Position numbers and translations under genes: made by a program. A stretch of DNA of 44,548 bases from Thermoanaerobaculia bacterium (GTDB lineage: Bacteria; Acidobacteriota; Thermoanaerobaculia; Multivoradales; JAGPDF01). The DNA is taken from positions 1 to 44,548 of the forward strand of contig JBDTQT010000003.1 of NCBI GenBank assembly GCA_039932055.1, in the 5' to 3' direction. Below are positions 8,566 to 19,542 of this stretch, piece after piece. The notes below the pieces were generated by a model. That model was not told the DNA's origin. It worked only from the letters and a program-made list of their open reading frames with translations, and ran no database searches. The first letter of the stretch is position 1. Each line of letters begins with the position of its first letter.

Positions 8566-10118
8566 TCATGCCCCCTCCGGCGGGAGCGTCGGAGGCGCCG
8601 GCAGCCGGGCGGTGGCGGCGGCCAGATCCCGCATCCGGCCTGGAAGGTCCGCGGCGACGTCGGCGTGGCGGACACGCCAGCTCCAGTTGCCGCTCTGCCT
8701 TCCGGGAGTGTTCATGCGCGCTTCACTTCCCAGATCGAGGACGTCCTGCAACGGCAGGATGGCGAGCTCGGCCACCGAGCCGTAGGCCGCGCGGATCATC
8801 GCCGCGGTGACCGTCTCCGGCGTCGCGCCGAGGTAGGTAAGGACACGCCGGCGCTCTTCGTCGCCGGCGGTCGCGAACCAGCCGCGCGTGGTGTCGTTGT
8901 CGTGCGTCCCGGTGTAGACCGCCGACCGCGGCTCGTGGCGGTGCGGACTGTGATCGCTGTCGGCGACGCCGAAGCCGAACTGGAGAACGCGCATGCCCGG
9001 CAGATCGAGTCGCCGCCGCAGGTCGTGCACGCGGGCGTCGATCTCGCCCAGGTCCTCGACGAGGAGCGGAAGACTCCCCAGGCCCTGGCGCACGGCCTGG
9101 AAGAAAGCCTCGCCCGGCCCCTTGACCCACTTTCCGCGACGCGCGGTCGTGTGGCGATGGGGGATCCGCCAGTAGGCCACGAAGCCGCGGAAGTGATCGA
9201 GTCGCAGGTAGTGGGCGATCTCGAGCTGCGAGCGCAGCCGGGCGATCCACCAGGCGAAGCCCTCGGCGCGCAACAGGTCCCAGCGGTAGAGCGGATTTCC
9301 CCAGCGCTGACCGTCGGCGCTGAAGTAGTCGGGCGGCACGCCGGCGACGGCTCGCAGGCCGCCGTCGGGGTCGAGATCGAACAGGCGGCTGTTCGCCCAG
9401 GCGTCGGCGCTGTCGGGGGCGACGTAGATCGGCACGTCGCCGAGAATGCGGATGCCGCGGCTCTCGGCCGCGCCACGCACAGCGGCCCACTGGCGGAAGA
9501 AGAGGAATTGGCAAAAGATCGCGTAGCGGATCTCACCGGCGAGCGCCGCGGCCTTGCGGCCCAGCGCCTGCGGCTCACGCTGCCGCAGGCGCGGCTCCCA
9601 GTCGAGCCAGGAGGCGCCGCCGTGCTCTCGTTTCAGGCTGGAATAGAGCGCCCAGTCGTCGAGCCAGGCAGCGCGGCGCTCGCGGTCGGCGAAGCGCTCG
9701 AGCCCGGCAGCGACCTCCGTGAACTCCCCCGATTCGAAACGCAGGAAAGCCTGCCGCAGGAGGCTCTCCTTGCAGGCCGCGGCCGCCGCAAAGTCGACGC
9801 TGGCACTCTCCTGAACCGTCCAGGCCGGCAGCGCCTCCGGCGACAGCAGGCCGTCGGCAACCAGGGCCTCGGGCGAGATCAGGAGCGGATTGCCGGCGAA
9901 GGCGGAGAGCGCGTTGTACGGCGAGTCGCCCATACCGGTCGGACCCAGGGGGAGAACTTGCCAGACAGTGAAGCCGGCGCTCACCATCCAGTCGAGCATA
10001 GTCACCGCCGAAGGCCCCAGGTCGCCAATCGGAAAGCGCCCGGGGAGGCTCGTCGGATGCAGCAGCAGGCCGGCGGCGCGCGCCGGGCGCGCGGCAACTG
10101 CGGCCTGTCCCGTCCTGC

Positions 10119-10122
<4 letters not shown>
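8566..10122 (-). CDS. malQ: 4-alpha-glucanotransferase (amylomaltase, GH77)
   Basis: Motifs GLLLHPTSLPG, WQVLPLGPTG, SPYNALSAFAGNP, GDVPIYVA, AGVPPDYFSADGQRWGNPLY, RLDHFRGF, EDLG, YTGTHDNDT, MNTPG...NWSWR. The GTG start overlaps the speA stop (GTGA). Confidence 0.96.
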
Positions 10123-12032
<1,910 letters not shown>

Positions 12033-12141
12033 ATCCCCTTCTCCCTCGCTCTTTTGGAGCATCCTCCGGCCGAATGGCCGGGGAAACTTTAGCATCTTCC
12101 TTTCGCTGTCCAGCGGAAGGAACTCGGCGCGCGCGAGCGCT

Positions 12142-13788
12142 TCAGGGTTGTGGCGCGGCGGTCAGCACGCGCACTCGGCTGGTCGTCGGTCCGGTGACGA
12201 GCGCCGCCGCGGAGAAGCGGATGGTGGCCGGGTGGAAAGTGGCCTTGAAGGGTGTCGGGCGTTGACTGAGATCGCGGAAGAGGTCGGAAAGCGGTCGCAG
12301 GCGCGCCGCATTCGCGCCGAGCTCCAGGACACCGGAACCGATGTAGCCGCCGACGCCGTCGACGAGGTCGAAGCTGACCGTGCCGCGCACGCCGTCGAGG
12401 TTGGCGACCGCCAACGTCGCAGAAGTCGTCGAGCCGAAAGGGATGCCGAGGATCTGCTTGCCGGCGCTCGTCCAGGAGGATTCGGGAAGGCCGCCGACGT
12501 CGGCGCCGTCGCTGCCGTCAGGGTCGCTCGCGCTGCGCACGAGGGCGCGCGCCCCGAGATCGGCCGGATTGCCTCCGGGCAGGGCGAAGAGCGTGATCTG
12601 CATCGCGCCTCTGCCGGCGCCGATGCCGAAGCCGGTGGCGAGGATCTCGGCGATCCTGATCGGAGTCTGGGGCGCCACGACGAAACGTCTCACTGGCGGC
12701 GGCGAGTCGTAGACGATCTCGGGTATGAAGGTCGCTTCGATGACGCCGAAGTCGTTGCCGGAGTTCGAAAGCGAAAGATCGGAGACGAGCTGTCCATCGG
12801 CGGACTCGGCGATCAGGGGAATCAGCTCCGACGAGGTCGCCCAGGCTGGCTCACTGCCCGCGACGACCACCCGGACGGAGTCTTCCGAGACGGCGCCGCC
12901 GGCGGTCGAGCCGCGCACCGTGACCGTGTAGGTTCCGGGGTGAAGGTACATGTAGAAGGTGCTCAGGTCGGCGGGCGGCGGTGTCGTCGCATAGCCGCCG
13001 TCGCCGAAGTCCCACTCGATCTTCACGAACTGATCCACGGCGTTGCCGTCGATGCCGAAGGCGGAGAGCGCGGCGGCGGTCAGCGGACCGGGAGGCGGCA
13101 CGATCACGATCGCCGGAGTGTCGAGCAGCGGTAGCAAGGTCTCCAGAAAGAGGCCGGCGATCTCGATGTAGCCGTCCGTGTTGGGGTGGCCGACGACGTC
13201 GATCACATCGGGGTCGTAGTAATAGTAGTTCGCGAAGACATCGGGCAGTCCTTCGAAGAGAGTGAACTGATCGGCGACCGCTCGATGCACCTCCTCTCCC
13301 ATGTTGCGGATCGCCAGCGCCAGCGCGGAGGTCGCCGCATTGCTGGCATCCGCGGGCGCGGTGGGGACGCGCGGAATCACCGAAGCATGGACGGCGACCA
13401 TGCCCAACGCCTCGGCGCGGCTGGCCATCTCATCGAGGTTGAAGCGGATCGACTCGATTCCGACGCGCTGCGAAATGTCGTTCGTCCCCTCCATCAGGAG
13501 CAGGAAATCGCCGCCGTCGGCGAGCACGGAGTCGATTCGCGACAGGCCGGAGGAGGTCGTTTCGCCACCGACACCGTGGCTCTCCACGATGGCATCGTAG
13601 CCCTGCTGGCGCAGCCAGCGCTGCAGGCGTGGCGGATAGCCGCCGCCCGGGTTCGAGGTGTCGCCGTAGCCGACGGTGATGCTGTCGCCGAACGCCAGAA
13701 AGCGAATCTCCTGGCCCGTCGCCGCGGTCGCCGCGAGCGTGGCTACACCCAGTGCGAGGAGCGAGGCGGGTAGAAGACGCAGGCGCAT
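12142..13788 (-). CDS. Secreted SGNH/GDSL hydrolase with PKD domain and C-terminal tandem beta-rich domains (548 aa)
   Basis: Signal peptide MRLRLLPASLLALGVATLAATAATG. SGNH blocks FGDSIT, GVGGETT, EGTND and D..GHPN..GY. PKD motif EWDFGDGG...YLHPGTYTVTV. Confidence 0.88.
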   Translation of the reverse strand: MRLRLLPASLLALGVATLAATAATGQEIRFLAFGDSITVGYGDTSNPGGGYPPRLQRWLRQQGYDAIVESHGVGGETTSSGLSRIDSVLADGGDFLLLMEGTNDISQRVGIESIRFNLDEMASRAEALGMVAVHASVIPRVPTAPADASNAATSALALAIRNMGEEVHRAVADQFTLFEGLPDVFANYYYYDPDVIDVVGHPNTDGYIEIAGLFLETLLPLLDTPAIVIVPPPGPLTAAALSAFGIDGNAVDQFVKIEWDFGDGGYATTPPPADLSTFYMYLHPGTYTVTVRGSTAGGAVSEDSVRVVVAGSEPAWATSSELIPLIAESADGQLVSDLSLSNSGNDFGVIEATFIPEIVYDSPPPVRRFVVAPQTPIRIAEILATGFGIGAGRGAMQITLFALPGGNPADLGARALVRSASDPDGSDGADVGGLPESSWTSAGKQILGIPFGSTTSATLAVANLDGVRGTVSFDLVDGVGGYIGSGVLELGANAARLRPLSDLFRDLSQRPTPFKATFHPATIRFSAAALVTGPTTSRVRVLTAAPQP

Positions 13789-13820
13789 GGTCTCGGGGGG
13801 GCCACGGATGTGGGCGCACA

Positions 13821-13850
13821 AGTCTAGGGATCGGCGCCGACTCCTGTCAA
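13821..13850 (-). promoter_or_regulatory. Sigma70-type promoter of the SGNH-PKD gene (TTGACA-18 nt-TAGACT)
   Basis: The minus strand reads TTGACAggagtcggcgccgatcccTAGACT, ending 32 nt before the ATG at 13788. Confidence 0.7.
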
Positions 13851-13880
13851 CGAGCTTCCCCGCGAACGCCCGGCCCGCGC

Positions 13881-13886
13881 TAGAAT
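13881..13886 (+). promoter_or_regulatory. Putative -10 box (TAGAAT) of leaderless promoter for the TPM gene
   Basis: TAGAAT lies 8 nt before the GTG at 13895. Confidence 0.55.
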
Positions 13887-13894
13887 CTGCCCCA

Positions 13895-14566
13895 GTGACC
13901 GCCCCAAATCTCTCCGGACTCCCCGCCGGCATCTCCGCCGCCGAGGCCGCCGCCATCCGCGACGCCGTGGCGGAGGCCGAAGGCCAGACCGGCGGCGAGA
14001 TCGTGGCGCTCGCGCTGGCGAGCGCCGACGACTACCAGTTCGCCTACTGGAAGGGTGCCGCGCTCGCCGCGTTCGCCGCTGCGGCGGCGGCTGCGGCCTT
14101 CGATCAGCTGCGCCCATTGTGGATCACTCGACCGGTCTGGATGCTGCTCTACGTCTCCTGCGGACTGCTCGGCGGCGCGATGCTGGCGCGATTCGTCCCT
14201 CCGTTCCGGCGCTGGCTGTGCGGTTCCGCTGTGCTCGAGCGCCGGTTGCAACAGCGGGCGCGCGAGGCCTTTCTCGTCCACTCGGTCTTCAGCACGCGCG
14301 ACCGGACTGGCATCCTGATCGCGGTTTCGGCCTTCGAGCGCCGGGTGGTCGTCCTCGCCGACGAAGGGATCCACTCGGTCGTTCCGGCGGGAACCTGGGA
14401 GGAACTGGCGCGCGAAACCGCCATCACGGTGAGGTGTTCCGGACCGGGCGCCGGGCTGCTCCAGGCGGTGCGCAAGGCCGGCGGCCTGCTCAGGCACCAC
14501 GGTCTCATTCGCCGCACCGATGACCAGAACGAGCTCCCGGACAATGTGCGGGGCGAGTTCCAGTAG
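13895..14566 (+). CDS. TPM-domain (DUF477-related) membrane protein
   Basis: Motifs IRDAVAEAEGQTGGEIV, two TM helices, TRDRTGILIAVSAFERRVVVLADEGI and DDQNELPD, typical of the TM-bearing TPM partner found in lemA operons. Confidence 0.85.
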   Translation: MTAPNLSGLPAGISAAEAAAIRDAVAEAEGQTGGEIVALALASADDYQFAYWKGAALAAFAAAAAAAAFDQLRPLWITRPVWMLLYVSCGLLGGAMLARFVPPFRRWLCGSAVLERRLQQRAREAFLVHSVFSTRDRTGILIAVSAFERRVVVLADEGIHSVVPAGTWEELARETAITVRCSGPGAGLLQAVRKAGGLLRHHGLIRRTDDQNELPDNVRGEFQ

Positions 14567-14650
14567 CTCGCGGACATCGTCCGGGGGCGAAGGCGATCCG
14601 CGTGTTAATCTGATTTATCGTCACGATCTTCCAGGCAAGGAGCCGACATC

Positions 14651-15424
14651 ATGAATCAGCCTCTCACCCCTGAAGCCGCTCCGAAGAAGGGCATGTCCAC
14701 CGTCGTCAAAGTGCTCCTCGGTTGCGGAGTTCTGTTGTTTCTTCTGGTCGGGAGTTGCGTCGTCGTCGGCGGCTACTTCGCCAAGAAGACCATCGGAGGC
14801 CTCTCCGATTTTGCCAAGGAAGTCGAATCCAATCCCGATGCCGCGACAGTGAGGGCGGCGGCAATCGCGATGCGCCTCAATCCCGAAGTCGACGTGATCT
14901 CCTCCGATCCGGCCGCCGGAACGATCACGGTACGCGAGAAGAAGACCGGCAAAGAGGTCACGTTCAATCTCGAGGACATCAAAGCCGGGAAGTTCTCGAT
15001 CACCGCGGATGGCGAGAAGACCAACATCGACATCGACGCCACGGGCGAGAACGGCGGCCAGATGAAGGTCGTCACCGACCAGGGTACGGCGGTCTTCGGC
15101 GCCGGCGGCGGCAAGACGCCGGAGTGGATTCCGACCTATCCCGGAGGGCGCAGCGAGGGCCTCGCCAACATCGAAGCCAAGGGGGAGAAGTCGGGCACTT
15201 TCACCCTGCGCACGGCGGACGCACCCGACGTCGTCACGGCATTCTACGAGGCGAAGCTCAAGGAAGCCGGCTTCGAGGTCCAGAAGGCGAGCCTGTCGTT
15301 CAACGGCGCGCCGAGCGGTACACTTACCGCGACGATCGACTCCGGCAAGCGCCAGTTGTCGATCACCGCCGCGGCCCAGGACGGCGAAACCCAGGCCCTC
15401 GTGACCTACAACGAGAAGCCCTGA
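14651..15424 (+). CDS. Hypothetical membrane-anchored protein
   Basis: SD AAGGAG upstream and typical codon usage. N-terminal TM (VLLGCGVLLFLLVGSCVVVGGYF) followed by a beta-rich extracytoplasmic region with PEWIPTYPG...FYEAKLKEAGF. Confidence 0.8.
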   Translation: MNQPLTPEAAPKKGMSTVVKVLLGCGVLLFLLVGSCVVVGGYFAKKTIGGLSDFAKEVESNPDAATVRAAAIAMRLNPEVDVISSDPAAGTITVREKKTGKEVTFNLEDIKAGKFSITADGEKTNIDIDATGENGGQMKVVTDQGTAVFGAGGGKTPEWIPTYPGGRSEGLANIEAKGEKSGTFTLRTADAPDVVTAFYEAKLKEAGFEVQKASLSFNGAPSGTLTATIDSGKRQLSITAAAQDGETQALVTYNEKP

Positions 15425-15434
15425 GCGGCCGGCC

Positions 15435-16316
15435 CTGAGCCTCTTCGCACGACAGACCAGCGGCTCGGTTGTCTGCGCCTCCTGCGGGCGACTGGTCGGT
15501 GTCAAGGACGAGCGCTGCTTCCACTGCGGCGCGAGCAATCCGTCACTCTGGGGATTCGCGCCGCTCCTGCGCCGTCTCGGTGCCGACCTCGGATTCGTTC
15601 GTCTGCTCATCGGCGGCTGTTCGATCCTCTACGTCGTCAGCGTTCTGATGTCCCCGGGAGCACTGCACCCGAGTGGTGGATTCATGCAGCTCTTCGCCCC
15701 CGACACCCGGGCGCTCTTCCTGCTCGGCGCGAGTGGCGCGTTGCCGGTTTATGGCCTCGGGCACGTGTGGACACTGCTCAGCGCCTCGTGGCTGCACGGC
15801 GGGCTGCTGCACATCCTCTTCAACATGATGTGGGTGCGGCAGCTCGCGGGTCCGGTGGCCGAGCTCTACGGTGCCGGCCGGATGATCCTCGTCTGGACCG
15901 CGGCGTCGATCGTCGGATTCGGCATGAGCTCCACGGCCAGCGCCTTTCTGCCGGCGATTCCGATTCTCGGCTCGCACGCGCCGTTCACCGTCGGCGCGTC
16001 GGCGTCGATCTTCGGTCTGCTGGGTGCGCTCGTCTGCTACGGCCGGCGCACCGGCCAGCGCGCGATGCATCAGCAGGTCTGGACCTGGGCGGTGGTGATG
16101 TTCCTGTTCGGCGCCATCATGCCGGGAGTCGACAACTGGGCGCACGCCGGCGGATTCCTCGGCGGATTCGGCGCCGCGCGCGCTCTCGATCCGCTGAAGC
16201 CGGAGCGCACGACCCACATGTTCTGGGCACTCGTCTGTCTCGTTCTGACGGCGTTGTCGATCGTCCTGTCGATCGTGACCGGCGCGCAGATCCTGCGCGC
16301 CATCGAGGGTTCATGA
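15435..16316 (+). CDS. Rhomboid intramembrane serine protease with N-terminal zinc ribbon (probable CTG start)
   Basis: Motifs WLHGGLLHILFNM, VGASASIFG (catalytic Ser) and DNWAHAGGFLGG (catalytic His). The frame is open upstream of ATG 15648 to a stop at 15402 and encodes LFARQTSGSVVCASCGRLVGVKDERCFHCG. Confidence 0.88.
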   Translation: MSLFARQTSGSVVCASCGRLVGVKDERCFHCGASNPSLWGFAPLLRRLGADLGFVRLLIGGCSILYVVSVLMSPGALHPSGGFMQLFAPDTRALFLLGASGALPVYGLGHVWTLLSASWLHGGLLHILFNMMWVRQLAGPVAELYGAGRMILVWTAASIVGFGMSSTASAFLPAIPILGSHAPFTVGASASIFGLLGALVCYGRRTGQRAMHQQVWTWAVVMFLFGAIMPGVDNWAHAGGFLGGFGAARALDPLKPERTTHMFWALVCLVLTALSIVLSIVTGAQILRAIEGS

Positions 16317-18175
16317 GTGAGGCGGCGCCGGAGAAGAAGAAGCCCAAACTGAAGCTCGAATCGGTCTGGCGCGAGGCCAAGACTCTGGTCTGGCAGCAGC
16401 GCCGGCGGCTCGGCTGGGCACTGCTGCTGATGCTGATCGGCCGGCTCGCCGGCCTGGTCCTGCCGGCATCGTCGAAGTATCTGATCGACGACGTGCTCGG
16501 CAAGGGCGATCGCGGTCTGCTGCTGCCGCTGGCGCTCGCCGCCGGGGCGGCGACACTCGTTCAGGCGGCCACCGGCTGGGGACTCGCGAACCTGCTCGGC
16601 ATTGCCGCCCAGAAGCAGATCGCCGAAATGCGCAAGCGCCTGCACGCCCACGTCCTGCGCCTGCCGACGAGCTACTTCGACGGTACCAAGAGCGGCGAGC
16701 TCATCTCGCGCGTCATGAGCGACGCCGAGGGAATCCGCAACCTCGTCGGCACCGGTCTGGTGCAGCTGATCGGCGGACTGGTGACGGCGACGCTGGCGCT
16801 GGGCGTGCTCTTCTGGCTCAACTGGCGTCTCACGACGGCGATCCTCGCGGTGATCCTGCTCTTCGCCGGCATGCTCTCGTACGCCTTCCGCCGCTTGCGG
16901 CCGATCTTCCGCGAGCGCAACAAGATCCAGGCCGAGATCACCGGTCGGTTGGCCGAGTCGCTGGGCGGCGTGCGGGTCGTCAAGGCCTACACGGCGGAGA
17001 AGTTCGAGGAAGAGGTCTTCGGCGGCGGCATCGACAAGCTGTTCGGCAACATCCGCAGCACGATGAGCGGCATCGCCGGCGTCACGAGCGCCTCGACCGC
17101 TCTTCTCGGGGTCGTCGGCGTGATCATGATGCTGGTCGGCGGACGGGCGATCCTCGCCGGCGCGATGACCCTCGGCGACTTCATCATGTACATCTTCTTC
17201 AGCGGTCTGCTGGTCGCGCCAGTGGCCGAGATCGCGGCGATCGGCACCCAGCTGACCGAGGCGTTCGCCGGGCTCGACCGCATTCGCGAGATTTTCGGCA
17301 AGACCACCGAAGACGACGAGGACGCGGCGCGTTTGCCGGTAGAGAAGCTGCGCGGCGAGGTCGAGTTCGAGGATGTCTGGTTCGAGTATCAGGCCGACAC
17401 GCCGGTGTTGCGCGGCATCTCGTTCCGCGCCGCGGCCGGCTCGACGACGGCTCTCGTCGGTTCCTCGGGTTCCGGCAAGAGCACCCTGATCGGGCTGGTG
17501 ATGGCCTTCCACCGCCCCACCCGAGGGCGGATCCGGGTCGACGGCGAGGATCTCGCGAATCTCCGTCTGCGCGACTACCGCGGGCATCTGGGCGCGGTCT
17601 TCCAGGACAATTTCCTGTTCGACGGCTCGATCGCCGAGAACATCGCCTACTCGCGTCCGCATGCAACCCGGGACGAGATCCTCTCGGCCGCGAAGGTGGC
17701 GCACTGCGACGAGTTCGTGGAAGGGTTCGAGAAAGGCTACGAGACGATCGTCGGCGAGCGCGGCGTCAAGCTCTCCGGTGGTCAACGCCAGCGCGTGGCG
17801 ATCGCCCGCGCCGTGCTCGCCAATCCGACCATTCTGATCCTCGACGAGGCGACCTCGAGCCTCGACAGCGAGAGCGAAGCGATGATCCAGGACGGTCTCG
17901 CTACCTTGCGGGCCGGCCGGACGACCTTCGTCATCGCTCACCGGCTTTCGACCATTCGCGCCGCCGACCAGATTCTGGTGATCGAGGAGGGCGAGGTTGT
18001 CGAGCACGGCACTCACCGCGAACTCATCGCCCATGACGGGCGCTACAAGCAGCTGCACGATCGCCAGTACCGGCTGGAAACCGACCGGTTCATCAACCCG
18101 GGCGAGGACTTCACGCCCCCGGCGGAGGGCGCGGCGGCCACGCCGGTCAAGGTCACGCCGACCGGCCGGCTCTGA
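16313..18175 (+). CDS. ABC exporter, fused TMD-NBD (MsbA/Sav1866-like)
   Basis: Six-TM domain, Walker A GSSGSGKST, signature LSGGQRQR, Walker B ILDEATSSLD, IAHRLSTI. The ATG overlaps the rhomboid stop (ATGA). Confidence 0.95.
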   Translation: MSEAAPEKKKPKLKLESVWREAKTLVWQQRRRLGWALLLMLIGRLAGLVLPASSKYLIDDVLGKGDRGLLLPLALAAGAATLVQAATGWGLANLLGIAAQKQIAEMRKRLHAHVLRLPTSYFDGTKSGELISRVMSDAEGIRNLVGTGLVQLIGGLVTATLALGVLFWLNWRLTTAILAVILLFAGMLSYAFRRLRPIFRERNKIQAEITGRLAESLGGVRVVKAYTAEKFEEEVFGGGIDKLFGNIRSTMSGIAGVTSASTALLGVVGVIMMLVGGRAILAGAMTLGDFIMYIFFSGLLVAPVAEIAAIGTQLTEAFAGLDRIREIFGKTTEDDEDAARLPVEKLRGEVEFEDVWFEYQADTPVLRGISFRAAAGSTTALVGSSGSGKSTLIGLVMAFHRPTRGRIRVDGEDLANLRLRDYRGHLGAVFQDNFLFDGSIAENIAYSRPHATRDEILSAAKVAHCDEFVEGFEKGYETIVGERGVKLSGGQRQRVAIARAVLANPTILILDEATSSLDSESEAMIQDGLATLRAGRTTFVIAHRLSTIRAADQILVIEEGEVVEHGTHRELIAHDGRYKQLHDRQYRLETDRFINPGEDFTPPAEGAAATPVKVTPTGRL

Positions 18176-18218
18176 TCGGGACGCCAACCGGCTGCCTGCG
18201 TTAGGATCGGAGACAGCG

Positions 18219-19532
18219 ATGCGCGAGACAGTCCTCCTCCTGGCGGCCCTGGTGCTGCCGGCCGCGGCCGGCGCCCAGGATTGGCGTGGCCCCGCGGCGA
18301 TCGAAGTGCAGGTCGAGGACGCCAAGGGCCGGAACCTCGCCGGAGCGGAGGTCCTTCTGGTCTATCTGTCGCCCGACGGCGGCGGCAGCCTGCCCTCGGT
18401 GCTCACCGACACCTCGGGCAAGGCAAACATCGGCGGCCTGGCCGCCGGCAGGTGGAGCGCGGAGATCCGCCACGCGGGCCACATGAGCTACCGCGCCGAG
18501 CTCGCGCTCTCCGCCGACGGCAAGCCGGTCGTGCAGTCGGCATCGCACCTCATGGCGCCGGGCGCCACCGCGACGATGAAGGTCAAGTTCGTCCGTGGCC
18601 GCGGCGGCGCGCCCGCGCCGGCCGCAGCGATAGAAGAAGCTCCAGTCAATGAAAATCCACCTGCTGCGTCGGTGGCTCCTGCGCGTGCACCCGTGCCCGC
18701 CGTAGCGAGAGTGAAGGCTCCAGTAGAGGAAATTCCTGCTCCTGCTCCTGCGCCGGTCGCTCCTGCGCCGGCAACCGTTCCCGCCACGGCGATAGAAGAA
18801 GCTCCAGTAAAGGAAATGCCTCCTGCTGCAGCGGTGGCACCCGCACCTGCGCTGGTGCCGGCTTCTCCAGCAGCAAAGGCGCCAGTGAAGGATGTTCCCC
18901 CGATGGTGCAGCCACCGGCGGTGCCGGCGCAGCCGTCGCCAGCGGCTCCCGCCCCTTCGCCAGCAAGGACTCCACCACCGGCAACTCCGCCTCCGGCAGC
19001 TCCACCGGCAGCCCCGCCGACGGCTTTGGCGGCGGCTCCTGCAGTGGCCCCGGTCGACGTAGTGCCTGCAGCGCCGTCAGCGCCGCCTGCCGCTCCAGCC
19101 GCGGCGCGGCCTCGGCTGTGCGTCGAATGCCCGGCGGGCGAGAGTGCGGAGTGGGGGGAGGCGGCGATCCCGGGGGGCGCGGCGGCCGGCTGTCCGGCAG
19201 ACCTCGCCGAGAAGTTGAAATCCGTCGAGCTCGGCGCCGTGGCGCAGCTCTCGGCCGATCTGGCTGCGGCCGGTGCGGGCTGTCGGGTCATCGCCGTCGA
19301 ACTGCCGGCGGGGGCGCGTTTTACCGGTTACCGCTACGAGGCGCAGAGCGCCGGTGTAGCGGCCGATTGTCTGCCGGGGCGCGGTTGCCCGGCGGGCGAC
19401 TGCCGCTTCCCGGCCGATCCGGTGCTGCGTCAGGTGGGCAACAAGACCGTGCTCCTCGTCCCTTTCGAGAGCACCGCCGCCGACCTTCGCCGCGCCGTCG
19501 TCGCCGGCTACTCCACCTACAACAAGCGCTAG
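18219..19532 (+). CDS. Secreted protein: carboxypeptidase-regulatory-like beta-sandwich, Pro/Ala linker and Cys-rich C-terminal domain
   Basis: Signal MRETVLLLAALVLPAAAGA-QDWRG. VEDAKGRNLAGAEV...TDTSGKANIGGLAAGRWSAEIRHAGH is CarboxypepD_reg-like. Seven Cys in the C-terminal domain. GGAG SD. Confidence 0.75.
   Translation: MRETVLLLAALVLPAAAGAQDWRGPAAIEVQVEDAKGRNLAGAEVLLVYLSPDGGGSLPSVLTDTSGKANIGGLAAGRWSAEIRHAGHMSYRAELALSADGKPVVQSASHLMAPGATATMKVKFVRGRGGAPAPAAAIEEAPVNENPPAASVAPARAPVPAVARVKAPVEEIPAPAPAPVAPAPATVPATAIEEAPVKEMPPAAAVAPAPALVPASPAAKAPVKDVPPMVQPPAVPAQPSPAAPAPSPARTPPPATPPPAAPPAAPPTALAAAPAVAPVDVVPAAPSAPPAAPAAARPRLCVECPAGESAEWGEAAIPGGAAAGCPADLAEKLKSVELGAVAQLSADLAAAGAGCRVIAVELPAGARFTGYRYEAQSAGVAADCLPGRGCPAGDCRFPADPVLRQVGNKTVLLVPFESTAADLRRAVVAGYSTYNKR
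18627..18900. repeat. Internal 162-bp-period duplication in the Pro/Ala linker
   Basis: GCGATAGAAGAAGCTCCAGT occurs at both 18627 and 18789. AAGGCTCCAGTAGAGGAAATTCC at 18714 and AAGGCGCCAGTGAAGGATGTTCC at 18876 show the same 162-nt offset. Confidence 0.85.
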
Positions 19533-19542
19533 AGATTTCGAG

